From a virus: a DNA stretch of 64,000 nt. The notes beneath the pieces were generated by a model that saw only the letters and a list, made by a program, of their open reading frames with translations, was not told where the DNA came from and did not search any database. Position 1 is the first letter of the stretch; each line of letters opens with the position of its first letter. This document shows, one piece after another, positions 20,500 to 29,506 of this stretch. The translations under genes were made by a program, and so were the position numbers. The stretch is from the IMG/VR virus record IMGVR_UViG_3300046786_000331, positions 32,001 to 96,000 of that record. The stretch is one strand, 5' to 3'.

Positions 20500-20792
20500 A
20501 AATCGTTCGTAAAATTGATAGCCGCAATGCCCTATATGGCAGATATATGTATCAGGTAAAACCTGGCGCAATTGTCGGTGGTGCATCCGAACCTCGCAAG
20601 TGGTGTCGCGAAAAGTGGGGACCTCCTATTCAATGGGTTGAACATAAAATCAGTGAAACTAGTTGGCAGTGCTGGAATGAAAAGAACCCACGATGGACAG
20701 AAGTTAAACGTCCGGGATTCAGTTCTCCTTTCATTTACATTCGTGACGAAGCCGATGCTGTAATGTTTAGTCTTGTTTGGTCCGGTCAATGA
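20496..20792 (+). CDS. small paralogue-family protein
   Basis: WCREKWG; C-term DEADAVMFSLVWS. Confidence 0.7.
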   Translation: MKIVRKIDSRNALYGRYMYQVKPGAIVGGASEPRKWCREKWGPPIQWVEHKISETSWQCWNEKNPRWTEVKRPGFSSPFIYIRDEADAVMFSLVWSGQ

Positions 20793-20992
20793 CAAGTACA
20801 AAGTTTTGGTGTAAGCATTTTGTAGCACTACCACATCTTGAAGTAGGTGTGCGTCGAGAAGCTGCTGAATGGGCTTTAACAAAATTTGGTACACAACAAG
20901 TTGACATATTTCATAATAACCCAGTAGGTCGGCCGGGCTTTTACTTCGAACACGAAAAAGATGCTATACTGTTCGCACTGAGATGGTCATGA
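20789..20992 (+). CDS. small paralogue-family protein
   Basis: C-term HEKDAILFALRWS. Confidence 0.7.
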   Translation: MTSTKFWCKHFVALPHLEVGVRREAAEWALTKFGTQQVDIFHNNPVGRPGFYFEHEKDAILFALRWS

Positions 20993-21180
20993 GTAATCCT
21001 TACAAATATCGTGTAGAATTTCGTCGAACAGGTGATTGGTACGACAACGAAGGTATGTGGTACCGAATCTCTACTTGGTGTAATAAAACTTTTGGAGCCG
21101 GTAATTGGGATTACTTCTATGACGGATTTGTTTTTGAACACGAGCGCGATTTTATGTTGTTTAAATTAAAGTGGTGCTAA
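20989..21180 (+). CDS. small paralogue-family protein
   Basis: WCNKTFG; C-term HERDFMLFKLKWC. Confidence 0.7.
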   Translation: MSNPYKYRVEFRRTGDWYDNEGMWYRISTWCNKTFGAGNWDYFYDGFVFEHERDFMLFKLKWC

Positions 21181-21181
21181 C

Positions 21182-21508
21182 ATGATGAGAATAAATCAAA
21201 CCTCCAGACCCATCGAATATAAAACTTGGGTAATAGGTATCAAAGAAGTTACCGAAAATCATTTAAAGTTTCTCAAAGGTTACGATATAACTGCTCGAGC
21301 AGTTATAGACGAGCACTTGATAACAGCTAGTAACGGGCGTCAATATCGTTACGGTGGCGACGGAAAAGCAGAATTTGAAACTACTAACAAAGATCAAGAA
21401 GCTATGTTAAGATTGCTCTACGGCAATAAAATTATGCTTCTAATGGTTGATGTAGTATTACCTAACAGCTTTCAACAATGTGTTTTAGAACATATAAATT
21501 TTAAATGA
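21182..21508 (+). CDS. hypothetical protein (paralogue-like)
   Basis: NKDQEAMLRLLYG. Confidence 0.65.
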   Translation: MMRINQTSRPIEYKTWVIGIKEVTENHLKFLKGYDITARAVIDEHLITASNGRQYRYGGDGKAEFETTNKDQEAMLRLLYGNKIMLLMVDVVLPNSFQQCVLEHINFK

Positions 21509-21786
21509 CCCGATACTCGATAAACCAATACGAAGAAAATTTCCAGAAATGGGAAGCTGATAGAAAACGTAAGCGCAATGAGTATTGGGATATGATACGC
21601 AAAGCTCACAAAGACTACGAAGCTAACGAGTGCTATGGACACAAAGATAATTCGTTCGGTGGATTCCGTTATTGGGTTGAACGTCGATGGGGATTGGCAA
21701 TAGAACTCGTTGACGGAAAAATTAGCGCAGAGTATAATATAGTTGACGAATCAAAATTTTTATTATTTCAAATGAAGTACGCATGA
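21505..21786 (+). CDS. small paralogue-family protein
   Basis: C-term DESKFLLFQMKYA. Confidence 0.7.
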   Translation: MTRYSINQYEENFQKWEADRKRKRNEYWDMIRKAHKDYEANECYGHKDNSFGGFRYWVERRWGLAIELVDGKISAEYNIVDESKFLLFQMKYA

Positions 21787-22160
21787 ATCTTCGAACACTA
21801 CGGCGTAAGATTCTCATTAGAGAATACGATTACAAAAAAGTTAGAGCCCAGGCATTTACGCCAGTGGGCATTTCTGCATTATATGATCGTGCTAGTTTTA
21901 CACCAGTATCGCTTAGTGATATTGAAAAACATCAGATGCTGGAGATTTTAAAAGGCAAGATTAAAACTACCTGGAAAGATTTAGAACAGCCTGCACTTGC
22001 ATTATACAATGTAAAAGATTATTTGTATGATGTTCGTTATTATGATTGGCGAGTAACTTTTGATGATGAAGGGTATCTATGCGTACAGGCAAGAAAAAAT
22101 ACTCCGCTGAGCCGTATTGGATGGGCGGTGTTCGAAAAAGACCTATCGGCGAGAATATGA
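21783..22160 (+). CDS. hypothetical protein
   Basis: ATGA-coupled ORF. Confidence 0.65.
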   Translation: MNLRTLRRKILIREYDYKKVRAQAFTPVGISALYDRASFTPVSLSDIEKHQMLEILKGKIKTTWKDLEQPALALYNVKDYLYDVRYYDWRVTFDDEGYLCVQARKNTPLSRIGWAVFEKDLSARI

Positions 22161-22456
22161 CAGCTACCGAAGTCTTAGACGAACAAACTAAACTCCAACT
22201 CGAAAAACGTATGATAGACGAGATGGTTGCCAAAGCTGCTAAAGAATTCCAGGAAGAAATGGACTTTACTATATTGGCAGATTTTTATAAAAGTTCTGGC
22301 TGGACTGAAATTGATTTTGACCCTTACCAAAGACCCGAAGCTATTAAGGCGTGGTTAACGAGTAATTGTAAGGGCCATCGTGTGAGTCGAGGTCGCCGAT
22401 TTTTATTTCAAAGACAGAGTGATGCAATTAACTTTGTACTAAGATGGACCGAATAA
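22157..22456 (+). CDS. small paralogue-family protein
   Basis: C-term RQSDAINFVLRWT. Confidence 0.7.
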   Translation: MTATEVLDEQTKLQLEKRMIDEMVAKAAKEFQEEMDFTILADFYKSSGWTEIDFDPYQRPEAIKAWLTSNCKGHRVSRGRRFLFQRQSDAINFVLRWTE

Positions 22457-22848
22457 AAGAATACATTGTAGACAGGTGGTTAACCTGGCGTACAGGTAAG
22501 GATAAGCCCACACGAGATTGGGAAGCATGGTACGAAACAAACATTGTTTATCGTGCCGGCACTGTCTCGAACATGTTCATGCACTTTAAGCATGTCATTG
22601 TAGTTAGTCCTAACACGTTCTTTGATTTATGCGAGCCGTTTGCCTATGTACCTTGTGAAGATGCTAGACAATACTTTTGGCCACAGCGTCCAGTTACTGA
22701 GACTTGTGTTTGGCGATTTGAACGAGTTATGTGGAATCAATGGACCGAGGAATGGGACATTAACGGAATGGGTGATAGAGATAAAGTCTTTGTAGCTACA
22801 AACAATGATGCAGACGCTATAATGATAGCATTGAAGTACGGAAGTTAA
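22444..22848 (+). CDS. paralogue-family protein
   Basis: C-term NDADAIMIALKYGS. Confidence 0.7.
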   Translation: MDRIKEYIVDRWLTWRTGKDKPTRDWEAWYETNIVYRAGTVSNMFMHFKHVIVVSPNTFFDLCEPFAYVPCEDARQYFWPQRPVTETCVWRFERVMWNQWTEEWDINGMGDRDKVFVATNNDADAIMIALKYGS

Positions 22849-22849
22849 T

Positions 22850-23137
22850 ATGGAATACTTTTATGGCGGTGGTGGCAGCAGTGATCCAGATTTCATTTAT
22901 CGTTTCCTAGTTAAGGAAGTTACTAATGAAATGTGGAAGTGGTGTGAGAACTATCCGTTGACTGGTCCGTTTGAACGTTGGCATATTAAAAGATATCCGC
23001 ATGAAAACGGCGAACGCACAATAGTACAAATTGAAAGCCGTAAAGCTGCATTTATGTTTAGCCTAGCATACAGTGAATACATTTTAGAAGACAAGACCTA
23101 TAGTTTCGCAAAGAGTATATATGAACCATTTAACTGA
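22850..23137 (+). CDS. paralogue-family protein
   Basis: WKWCE; SRKAAFMFSLAYS. Confidence 0.7.
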   Translation: MEYFYGGGGSSDPDFIYRFLVKEVTNEMWKWCENYPLTGPFERWHIKRYPHENGERTIVQIESRKAAFMFSLAYSEYILEDKTYSFAKSIYEPFN

Positions 23138-23552
23138 TAAAGAATTGATCAATCACGTTATCAAGTTTGATACTGATCCTATTCGGTTGCGTCTTGCAAC
23201 AGCCAACGAACGGACTTCTGGAGCAATCTGGGACGATTTAGTTGATGCGGGAATGGATGAAACATACTGCACGTTTACCAGTGAATGGGGCAGTAACATG
23301 CACGTTGGACGATATATTGAACATTTGCGTGAAGAACTTACTATTCGCGATGACGAACTTATAAATCTACGCCAAGAGCTTGAAGAACAAAAAGCTCGTA
23401 CTATTGCTGATTTGATCAATGAACTTAATCAACAAATTACCACAGAACGATACATAGCAAAAGAAGCTCGTAACGAAGCAAACAAGGCTAGAGAAGAAGC
23501 AGCATCTGCTAGAGAGCAACTTAAAATGTGGAACCATTTACGAACACCATGA
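23121..23552 (+). CDS. coiled-coil hypothetical protein
   Basis: E/R/A-rich heptads. Confidence 0.7.
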   Translation: MNHLTDKELINHVIKFDTDPIRLRLATANERTSGAIWDDLVDAGMDETYCTFTSEWGSNMHVGRYIEHLREELTIRDDELINLRQELEEQKARTIADLINELNQQITTERYIAKEARNEANKAREEAASAREQLKMWNHLRTP

Positions 23553-23842
23553 TAGTATGGGGCAGAAGTATAGGATGGAACATTGAATTGCACGGCTATA
23601 AGAAACGCAAAATGGAATACACAATTATTGACAACGGTTGCGATTGCTATCCGTGGACAGAATGTTATGCTTGGTTACCTACTTTAACAATTACCGGTAA
23701 GCGAGTATGGAGACAAAAGATATACAAACGTAAAGTTTGGGTAGTATGGGGTACAGGTTTTCACATGGAACCAACAGTGCAATATGCTACATTTTTAGAG
23801 TTACTCGAACATGGCAATATTAAAAAAATATCCGTGGCCTAA
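23549..23842 (+). CDS. hypothetical protein
   Basis: W..C/WYAWLP...GKRVW motif shared with 51144-51374. Confidence 0.65.
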   Translation: MIVWGRSIGWNIELHGYKKRKMEYTIIDNGCDCYPWTECYAWLPTLTITGKRVWRQKIYKRKVWVVWGTGFHMEPTVQYATFLELLEHGNIKKISVA

Positions 23843-24218
23843 TGCCCAGGATTATACTAACCAATTAAATCAACATTTAGCAGACAGCTTCTTTAAGTAT
23901 CATAATCCTTATACTCATAAACCTGTACGTAATAAGTACAATATAATTAGAGACGGAGATGAACAACGAGTGGAAGAATGTAGAGAATTAGTCATACATG
24001 AATTTTCAATGGGAGATGTTGAAGATCCAGATTTATATGCTGCCCAACCTTTATATGAATGGGAAGAAAGTGATTTTGGACAATGGTGTATGAAGAATGC
24101 CTCAGACACTCCTACGTGGCATAGATTAGCTGACCCGGGTACGTTTGGATATCGATACCAAATTCGTGCCAAGTTTATGGGTCCTGCACTTACCGAAATT
24201 CTCCTTAGGAAAGGATAA
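23811..24218 (+). CDS. conserved phage hypothetical protein
   Basis: FSMGDVEDPDLYAAQPLYEW. Confidence 0.75.
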   Translation: MAILKKYPWPNAQDYTNQLNQHLADSFFKYHNPYTHKPVRNKYNIIRDGDEQRVEECRELVIHEFSMGDVEDPDLYAAQPLYEWEESDFGQWCMKNASDTPTWHRLADPGTFGYRYQIRAKFMGPALTEILLRKG

Positions 24219-24469
24219 TGGGCGCACCAGTTCCAAGAATTACCGGAGGTATTCGTCGTCCACAAGTGATAGACGATCAAATCTTGGAAGCCCTCAAGGA
24301 CTATCACGTTGTAAAATTAGAATCGGATGAATTTTACAATGATAAGTTAACTTGGTGCTTAGAGCATTGCCAAAATAAATTTCGCGACTTCCGAGGCAAC
24401 AATTGCAGAGCATGGTACTTTAAAGAAGAACAGGATGCTATGATGTTTGCTATGAAATGGAGTAGTTGA
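24218..24469 (+). CDS. small paralogue-family protein
   Basis: WCLEHC; C-term EEQDAMMFAMKWS. Confidence 0.7.
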   Translation: MGAPVPRITGGIRRPQVIDDQILEALKDYHVVKLESDEFYNDKLTWCLEHCQNKFRDFRGNNCRAWYFKEEQDAMMFAMKWSS

Positions 24470-24493
24470 CAACAATCTAGTTTGATTGTATAA
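24466..24493 (+). promoter_or_regulatory. sigma70 promoter
   Basis: TTGACA-N16-TATAAT. Confidence 0.7.
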
Positions 24494-24523
24494 TATACAC
24501 ATTATATACTTTGCGAGGTTGAG

Positions 24524-24751
24524 ATGCTGTATCAATTGGTTCTTATTACTAATCTTGGCGCAATGACGCCTTTGGCAACATTTAACGAACAAGGTGCATG
24601 TTTGCGTGAACGTGCAATGATTACTAAAACAGCGCAATACTCGGCAGAATGTTTACCCACACAAAGTCCTGATGAATTGAAAAAGCAAATGCAGGCACAA
24701 ATTAAAGCAATGAATGAAATCTTGCAAGAACTACAAAAGGCACAAAAATGA
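24524..24751 (+). CDS. hypothetical protein
   Basis: SD GAGG upstream. Confidence 0.7.
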   Translation: MLYQLVLITNLGAMTPLATFNEQGACLRERAMITKTAQYSAECLPTQSPDELKKQMQAQIKAMNEILQELQKAQK

Positions 24752-25167
24752 AAATCGGTTTTAGTTTCGGCCGATGTATTCGTGATATAGTCAAAGGTGA
24801 AATCGATTACGACGATGTTGCCTGGATTATCTCAGGTACAGCTATGCGAGATTCCTCAGCCGCAATGGCTGTAATTGATGATTATATGCACCGCCCAGAT
24901 TATCTTTGGGGGCTGGAAGAAGAAAAGTGCTTTGAAGTCGGCATGAGACTCTACGAAGAAGGTAAAGTCTTGCAACCTAGATTGCAAGGAGTTCACCGTC
25001 ATCTAATTCCCGAAGGTGCATTGTGGGCAGATATGTTCCCTACTAACATGTCTAACAACCTAGCTGCCAAGTCCTCGTGGGATGCGTATCGTCTAATGAT
25101 ACATATGACAACTCAGGTGCCTGAGGATGTCGAAGAACACTGGAAAGGAAATGGAAATGTTAATTAA
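24748..25167 (+). CDS. conserved phage hypothetical protein
   Basis: MKIGFSFGRCIRDIVKG...GKVLQPRL. Confidence 0.75.
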   Translation: MKIGFSFGRCIRDIVKGEIDYDDVAWIISGTAMRDSSAAMAVIDDYMHRPDYLWGLEEEKCFEVGMRLYEEGKVLQPRLQGVHRHLIPEGALWADMFPTNMSNNLAAKSSWDAYRLMIHMTTQVPEDVEEHWKGNGNVN

Positions 25168-25336
25168 AGAAGGAAGCCGTTGGTGGGCAGGTGATAGAAA
25201 AAAGTTTATTGTACTTCATGTTATTGAACAAGAAGGACATACATGGGTACACTACAGAGACGAGTCAGCTGACCCTAAAGAATTTAGCTGTTATAAGGAA
25301 AGTTTTCTTCAACGCTTTACACCTTTGCCAGAATGA
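25157..25336 (+). CDS. hypothetical protein
   Basis: coupled ORF; start uncertain. Confidence 0.6.
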   Translation: MLIKEGSRWWAGDRKKFIVLHVIEQEGHTWVHYRDESADPKEFSCYKESFLQRFTPLPE

Positions 25337-25623
25337 TCTACTTTGGATTTAACATTGCTAACCCCTGGTGCAAGCGTTGGGAAAATACTTGGAACTACAT
25401 TGCTAATCCGTTTGGGCACAAATATCTTGAACTAGAAGTGTTTAAGGATAACACTATCTTATCGTTTAGTTTTCGATGGGCTGTTAGACAAAGTCATGCA
25501 GGAGTTATGATTGATGTTGGGTTGCTAGGTTATAGTTTCCTTTTCAACTTCTATGATAACCGTCATTGGAATACTGAAGAAGGACGCTGGATGATTTATA
25601 CTGAAGAACTAGGAGAGCACTAA
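25333..25623 (+). CDS. hypothetical protein
   Basis: coupled ORF. Confidence 0.65.
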   Translation: MIYFGFNIANPWCKRWENTWNYIANPFGHKYLELEVFKDNTILSFSFRWAVRQSHAGVMIDVGLLGYSFLFNFYDNRHWNTEEGRWMIYTEELGEH

Positions 25624-25808
25624 TGAATCAGCATATTTTAGAATTGATGAGGCAGGCAGATTATGCGGCACCTGAGATGGCTAAAAGAGCACAGGTGTTA
25701 GCAGATATGGTTATTAATGACTGTATCCAGACATTGATTAACAATGGATATACTGATGCAGCCAAATGTTTACGCGATGTAAATTTTGGAATCGATGATG
25801 CACCCTAA
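25623..25808 (+). CDS. hypothetical protein
   Basis: coupled ORF with SD. Confidence 0.65.
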   Translation: MNQHILELMRQADYAAPEMAKRAQVLADMVINDCIQTLINNGYTDAAKCLRDVNFGIDDAP

Positions 25809-26280
25809 CGAAACAATCTTTTACATTAAGAAAGGTAGACGCTATGTTCCGCATAGTACATACAGTTCTGAATTTTGTGATAGCTTTCCTAAAGGTACGC
25901 ACCTAGTGCAATCTTATCCAGGTGGTACTCTGCGTCGATTTAATATCGAACCAGCGTATGCACCTATGATTGCCGCAGGGCGAGTTGCTGAAGATGTAAT
26001 TAGTAAACGCATCATGGATGCTACTGAAATTCGCCGCAATTCACGCAATAAGGAAACTCCGCTTACTCCTGGGCAGAAGGCTGCGTGGGATAAACTAGTA
26101 GAAGAGTTTGGATCCGATGCCAAACAACTAGAGTGGCCCAGCGCTCGTGAGTGTGCCGAAGCTGCTGTTAAAGCTATGACGGAAGAAGCAGAAAAGCTTC
26201 TAGAACATGATAGTGTTCGTAAAGCCTACGATCACTTTTTATTAATGTGTGAGTTAGTTAAAGAAAGAGACCATGCGTAA
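25795..26280 (+). CDS. hypothetical protein
   Basis: coupled ORF. Confidence 0.7.
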   Translation: MMHPNETIFYIKKGRRYVPHSTYSSEFCDSFPKGTHLVQSYPGGTLRRFNIEPAYAPMIAAGRVAEDVISKRIMDATEIRRNSRNKETPLTPGQKAAWDKLVEEFGSDAKQLEWPSARECAEAAVKAMTEEAEKLLEHDSVRKAYDHFLLMCELVKERDHA

Positions 26281-27223
26281 AATTCTTCTAGCATTGTTGT
26301 TAAGTTTTACAGCATCTGCTAATGCGTTTTGGAATACAGATTTTGATAAAGATGACATTGAGCATTTTCAAAGTCCCATTGTATCAACCGTGGCTCCTGT
26401 TCGTCCACTAAAGAGTACCTACAATCTTTACAATCAAACTGTAAGGTTAGGACTTGCGGCAATGTTGCCAATTGTTCCTACCTTTAACAACAAAGGTAAT
26501 TTGTTTGCTAGCTGGAATCCTAGTCCAAACGGATTCCGTAAGCGTCCTACTATTGTTATTGCTCACGGCGGGCACGGATTAATTAGCACTGACTTTGCCA
26601 CAGCACTATGGTTTAAAAATAAACTAGACTATAATGTATTGGTACTGGATAGTTACTGGAGTCGTGGTATTGAAGAAAACTGGGCAACAATGACTAAGTA
26701 TGGTGCCAACATGCGTATGCTCGATGCACTGGCCGCAGGACAATGGTTGGTCCAACAAGGTGTTGATAACAAGAGCATGTTCCTAATGGGCGGCAGTCAA
26801 GGCGGTTGGACTGTGCTTAGAACAATGACAGACGAACCTTTTATGCGAGAAGCTAATTTGTATCGCGGCGGTATTGCATTGTATCCTAACTGTGATGTAA
26901 ACAATACTAAGTATGCACCTAAACTAGGATCGTATCATAGTCCTGTGATTATTTTTGTTGGCGGACGTGATACAGCAACTCCATATCAGCGTTGCTCAAA
27001 GAAAGTTTTTACCGATGCAGCTAAATGGATCATTTATCCGGATCAAACACATTCTTGGGACTCTGCGAATCGAGGAGCAGAAAATCCAGCCGAGGATGGA
27101 TACTGCTTACGTGCTATGAATATCTACAATAAATTCGAAGTATGCAGGGATAACAAAACCACAGAGGATATGCAACAGCATATTGTTAATTTCATCAACG
27201 AGCTATTAAAGGAAAAATCATGA
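26273..27223 (+). CDS. secreted alpha/beta hydrolase (dienelactone hydrolase-like)
   Basis: signal peptide, HGGHG, GGSQGG, GGRD, YPDQTHSWD. Confidence 0.85.
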   Translation: MRKILLALLLSFTASANAFWNTDFDKDDIEHFQSPIVSTVAPVRPLKSTYNLYNQTVRLGLAAMLPIVPTFNNKGNLFASWNPSPNGFRKRPTIVIAHGGHGLISTDFATALWFKNKLDYNVLVLDSYWSRGIEENWATMTKYGANMRMLDALAAGQWLVQQGVDNKSMFLMGGSQGGWTVLRTMTDEPFMREANLYRGGIALYPNCDVNNTKYAPKLGSYHSPVIIFVGGRDTATPYQRCSKKVFTDAAKWIIYPDQTHSWDSANRGAENPAEDGYCLRAMNIYNKFEVCRDNKTTEDMQQHIVNFINELLKEKS

Positions 27224-27603
27224 CAGATATCCAACAAGTTGTATTGCTATTAGCACTGCTTGGACTAAAGCACTTTATTGTTGACTTTCCTCTGCAGAAA
27301 GAGTATCAGTGGAAAAACAAGGGCACATACGGGCACCCGGGCGGACTAGTTCATGCTGGTTTACACGGAGTAGGTAGCTTCATTGTTTTGAGCTTCTTTT
27401 TGAGCCCAATGGGTACTGTGTTTTTGAGCTTGTTTGATGCAGTTGTTCACTATCACATTGATTGGGCTAAAATGCGTTTAAATGACAAATTTAAGTGGGG
27501 TCCAACAACACACGAGCAATTTTGGACACTTTTAGGGTTTGATCAGTTCTTACATTGGCTAACGTATGTAGCTATGATTGGGTGGATTACGGGCGCTATT
27601 TAA
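27220..27603 (+). CDS. DUF3307-like membrane protein
   Basis: HFIVDFPLQ...HYHID...GFDQFLH. Confidence 0.8.
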   Translation: MTDIQQVVLLLALLGLKHFIVDFPLQKEYQWKNKGTYGHPGGLVHAGLHGVGSFIVLSFFLSPMGTVFLSLFDAVVHYHIDWAKMRLNDKFKWGPTTHEQFWTLLGFDQFLHWLTYVAMIGWITGAI

Positions 27604-27656
27604 TAAACAGACGCTTTAATTGCTACTGTGATAAGTAATAGTAGCAAGGAGCTCCC

Positions 27657-28217
27657 GTGAAAAAGATCGACGATTTTAACGCATCCGATAGAATTGGTGT
27701 AAAACTACTCGAAAATTCAGTACATTTCCTTACCGGAGAAATTACAGAAGAAAATGTAGAAGAATGTATAAAATGGATAGTCTTTGAAAATCTAGATACA
27801 TCCAAAGAAAAAATACTAACCTTATACATTAATTCATCGGGCGGAGATCTTTATCAAGCGTTTGCTCTAATTGATATCATGCGTAATAGTAATCACTACA
27901 TACGCACAATCGGAATTGGAAACATAATGAGCGCAGCTTTTCTAATCTTCACTGCCGGTACACAGGGAGAAAGATATATAGCTGCTAACACTGGAATTAT
28001 GTGTCATCAGTTTTCCGGTGGTGTCGAAGCCAAGTATCATGATATCAAGGCTGAGATGAAAGAAAATGAACTGTTAAATAAAAAGATGGTAGACATCTTG
28101 AAAGAAGCTACAGGTTTAACACCTAGTAGAATAAAAGCAAAGTTGCTACCAGCCAGTGATGTTTATCTCACAGCGCAAGAAGCACTTGACTTTAATGTGG
28201 CGGATCATTTACTATAA
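27657..28217 (+). CDS. clpP: ClpP-like protease subunit
   Basis: LYINSSGGD, MSAA (Ser), MCHQ (His), D.YLTAQEA. Confidence 0.9.
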   Translation: MKKIDDFNASDRIGVKLLENSVHFLTGEITEENVEECIKWIVFENLDTSKEKILTLYINSSGGDLYQAFALIDIMRNSNHYIRTIGIGNIMSAAFLIFTAGTQGERYIAANTGIMCHQFSGGVEAKYHDIKAEMKENELLNKKMVDILKEATGLTPSRIKAKLLPASDVYLTAQEALDFNVADHLL

Positions 28218-28225
28218 GGTGTAGC

Positions 28226-28471
28226 ATGGAAATTGTAAGTATCAATACAAAACGCAAAGAACAATTAATAGAAGAAGAACAAAAGAAAGCAATGTTAGAA
28301 GTCTTGGATCATATGAGAAAAAGTATTGAGGCAGGACAGATAAAAGAATTTGTGGCAGCAAGTATTGACGACGATGGACTAACACAGATTCATGTAGCGG
28401 CAATGGACTTGCCAGGCAGCGTTGGGTTATTTGAGATTGGAAAACATATTCTAATCGCCGGTGATGCATAA
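28226..28471 (+). CDS. hypothetical protein
   Basis: SD AAGG upstream. Confidence 0.7.
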   Translation: MEIVSINTKRKEQLIEEEQKKAMLEVLDHMRKSIEAGQIKEFVAASIDDDGLTQIHVAAMDLPGSVGLFEIGKHILIAGDA

Positions 28472-28508
28472 TTTGGCAAAATTGCCACATTATCTGGTAG
28501 TTTTTTAG

Positions 28509-28699
28509 TTGACTGCTAAATAAAACTATCATACAATGAGTACATGGTGTTTAGGATTGTTGAAAAATTTATTTGCCAGAATTGCAAATAGAGGTTGACA
28601 ACAGAACTAAATAAACTTATACTTAAGACATGTTGTTAATAACTGCCGCAGATAAAAATGTAAACAGGGGTTGACAGCAAGTCAGAAAGACGTTATAAT
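28509..28699 (+). promoter_or_regulatory. three tandem sigma70 promoters heading the tRNA region
   Basis: TTGACT-17-TACAAT (28509), TTGACA-17-TATACT (28595), TTGACA-17-TATAAT (28671). Confidence 0.85.
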
Positions 28700-28753
28700 A
28701 ATTACATACGCTGCATGGGGCAGTGTAGTAAAAAGATTTTAAGAGAAAGCAAA

Positions 28754-28906
28754 ATGCAATCTACTAATAGACAAATTATTAATACGATAGCCAAACAGGT
28801 TGGACATATGTCCGCCGGCTGGTTAGCGATTAATAGTCTATGTTCAGATCGCACACCGGAGGGCTATTTTAGCTCAGGGTTCTTGGAGGGTAGTGGTTAC
28901 GCTTAA
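28754..28906 (+). CDS. putative attenuator leader peptide (50 aa, all 20 amino acids)
   Basis: between promoters and terminator; 3' codons form the antiterminator strand. Confidence 0.65.
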   Translation: MQSTNRQIINTIAKQVGHMSAGWLAINSLCSDRTPEGYFSSGFLEGSGYA

Positions 28907-28940
28907 TTAAGCAAACAGCTACTAAAACTTTAGGAACCCT
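28876..28940 (+). promoter_or_regulatory. antiterminator hairpin
   Basis: AGGGTTCTTGGAG (28876-88) pairs with CTTTAGGAACCCT (28928-40), 13 bp including G-U. Confidence 0.7.
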
Positions 28941-28969
28941 AGGATTAAAACCCTGGGGTTTTTTGTTTT
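28933..28969 (+). terminator. intrinsic terminator (attenuator)
   Basis: GGAACCCTAGG-loop-CCTGGGGTTTT then TTGTTTT. Confidence 0.85.
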
Positions 28970-28982
28970 CTGGAAAGGGTAA

Positions 28983-29141
28983 ATGGATACAGAGACAAAA
29001 AAACTAAAGGAAGCTGAATGGTTTCGACAGCACGAATTGAACGATGATCAGTTAGAAAGACTAATTGAAAACAAGTTTATTAGAGCTCGTCAATATCATG
29101 AAGCGTTCTTAGCGAAAGAAAGGCAAGAAGAAATTGCCTAA
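28983..29141 (+). CDS. small charged protein (52 aa), first gene after attenuator
   Basis: manual translation MDTETKKLKEAEWF...EEIA; purine-rich RBS. Confidence 0.6.
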   Translation: MDTETKKLKEAEWFRQHELNDDQLERLIENKFIRARQYHEAFLAKERQEEIA

Positions 29142-29149
29142 TGGTAGAA

Positions 29150-29254
29150 TAGTGTGAATAAGTGGAAACGAGGTCCACGCTCCGCACTCAAAACATGGAG
29201 CAAACGGGCGGACTAGTGGATGGCTTATCTTCTTGTAGATAAAAAAATACTAGT
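29150..29254 (+). ncRNA. structured RNA, possible pseudoknot
   Basis: GTGGA/TCCAC and GCTCC/GGAGC hairpins; loop GCACT complementary to upstream AGTGT. Confidence 0.4.
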
Positions 29255-29327
29255 TATTAAAGCAAATTGGTACCCGCTACTTTTGACGTAGAACGCGGCT
29301 GCATAGCAGGACAGTTTGTTTTAATAA
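29254..29327 (+). ncRNA. long-stem element E1
   Basis: 16-bp terminal stem; CTGC-ATA-GCAG hairpin. Confidence 0.5.
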
Positions 29328-29380
29328 ACACTTTCCACTTCACGCCTGAACAGCGGACGACATCATAGAGGGAAAGTGTT
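29327..29380 (+). ncRNA. long-stem element E2
   Basis: AACACTTTCC/GGAAAGTGTT stem. Confidence 0.4.
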
Positions 29381-29389
29381 AACAACTAT

Positions 29390-29474
29390 GGAGTCGTAGG
29401 AAAATTGGTAACCCCAGTGGACTGTAAATCCGCCGCCTCTGGCACTGCTGGTTCAACTCCAGCCGGCTCCACCA
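29390..29474 (+). tRNA. tRNA-Tyr(GTA)
   Basis: cloverleaf, long V arm, CCA. Confidence 0.93.
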
Positions 29475-29477
29475 TAG

Positions 29478-29506
29478 TTGACTTTTTACAAGTTCGGTGT
29501 TATACT
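29478..29506 (+). promoter_or_regulatory. internal sigma70 promoter
   Basis: TTGACT-N17-TATACT. Confidence 0.7.
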
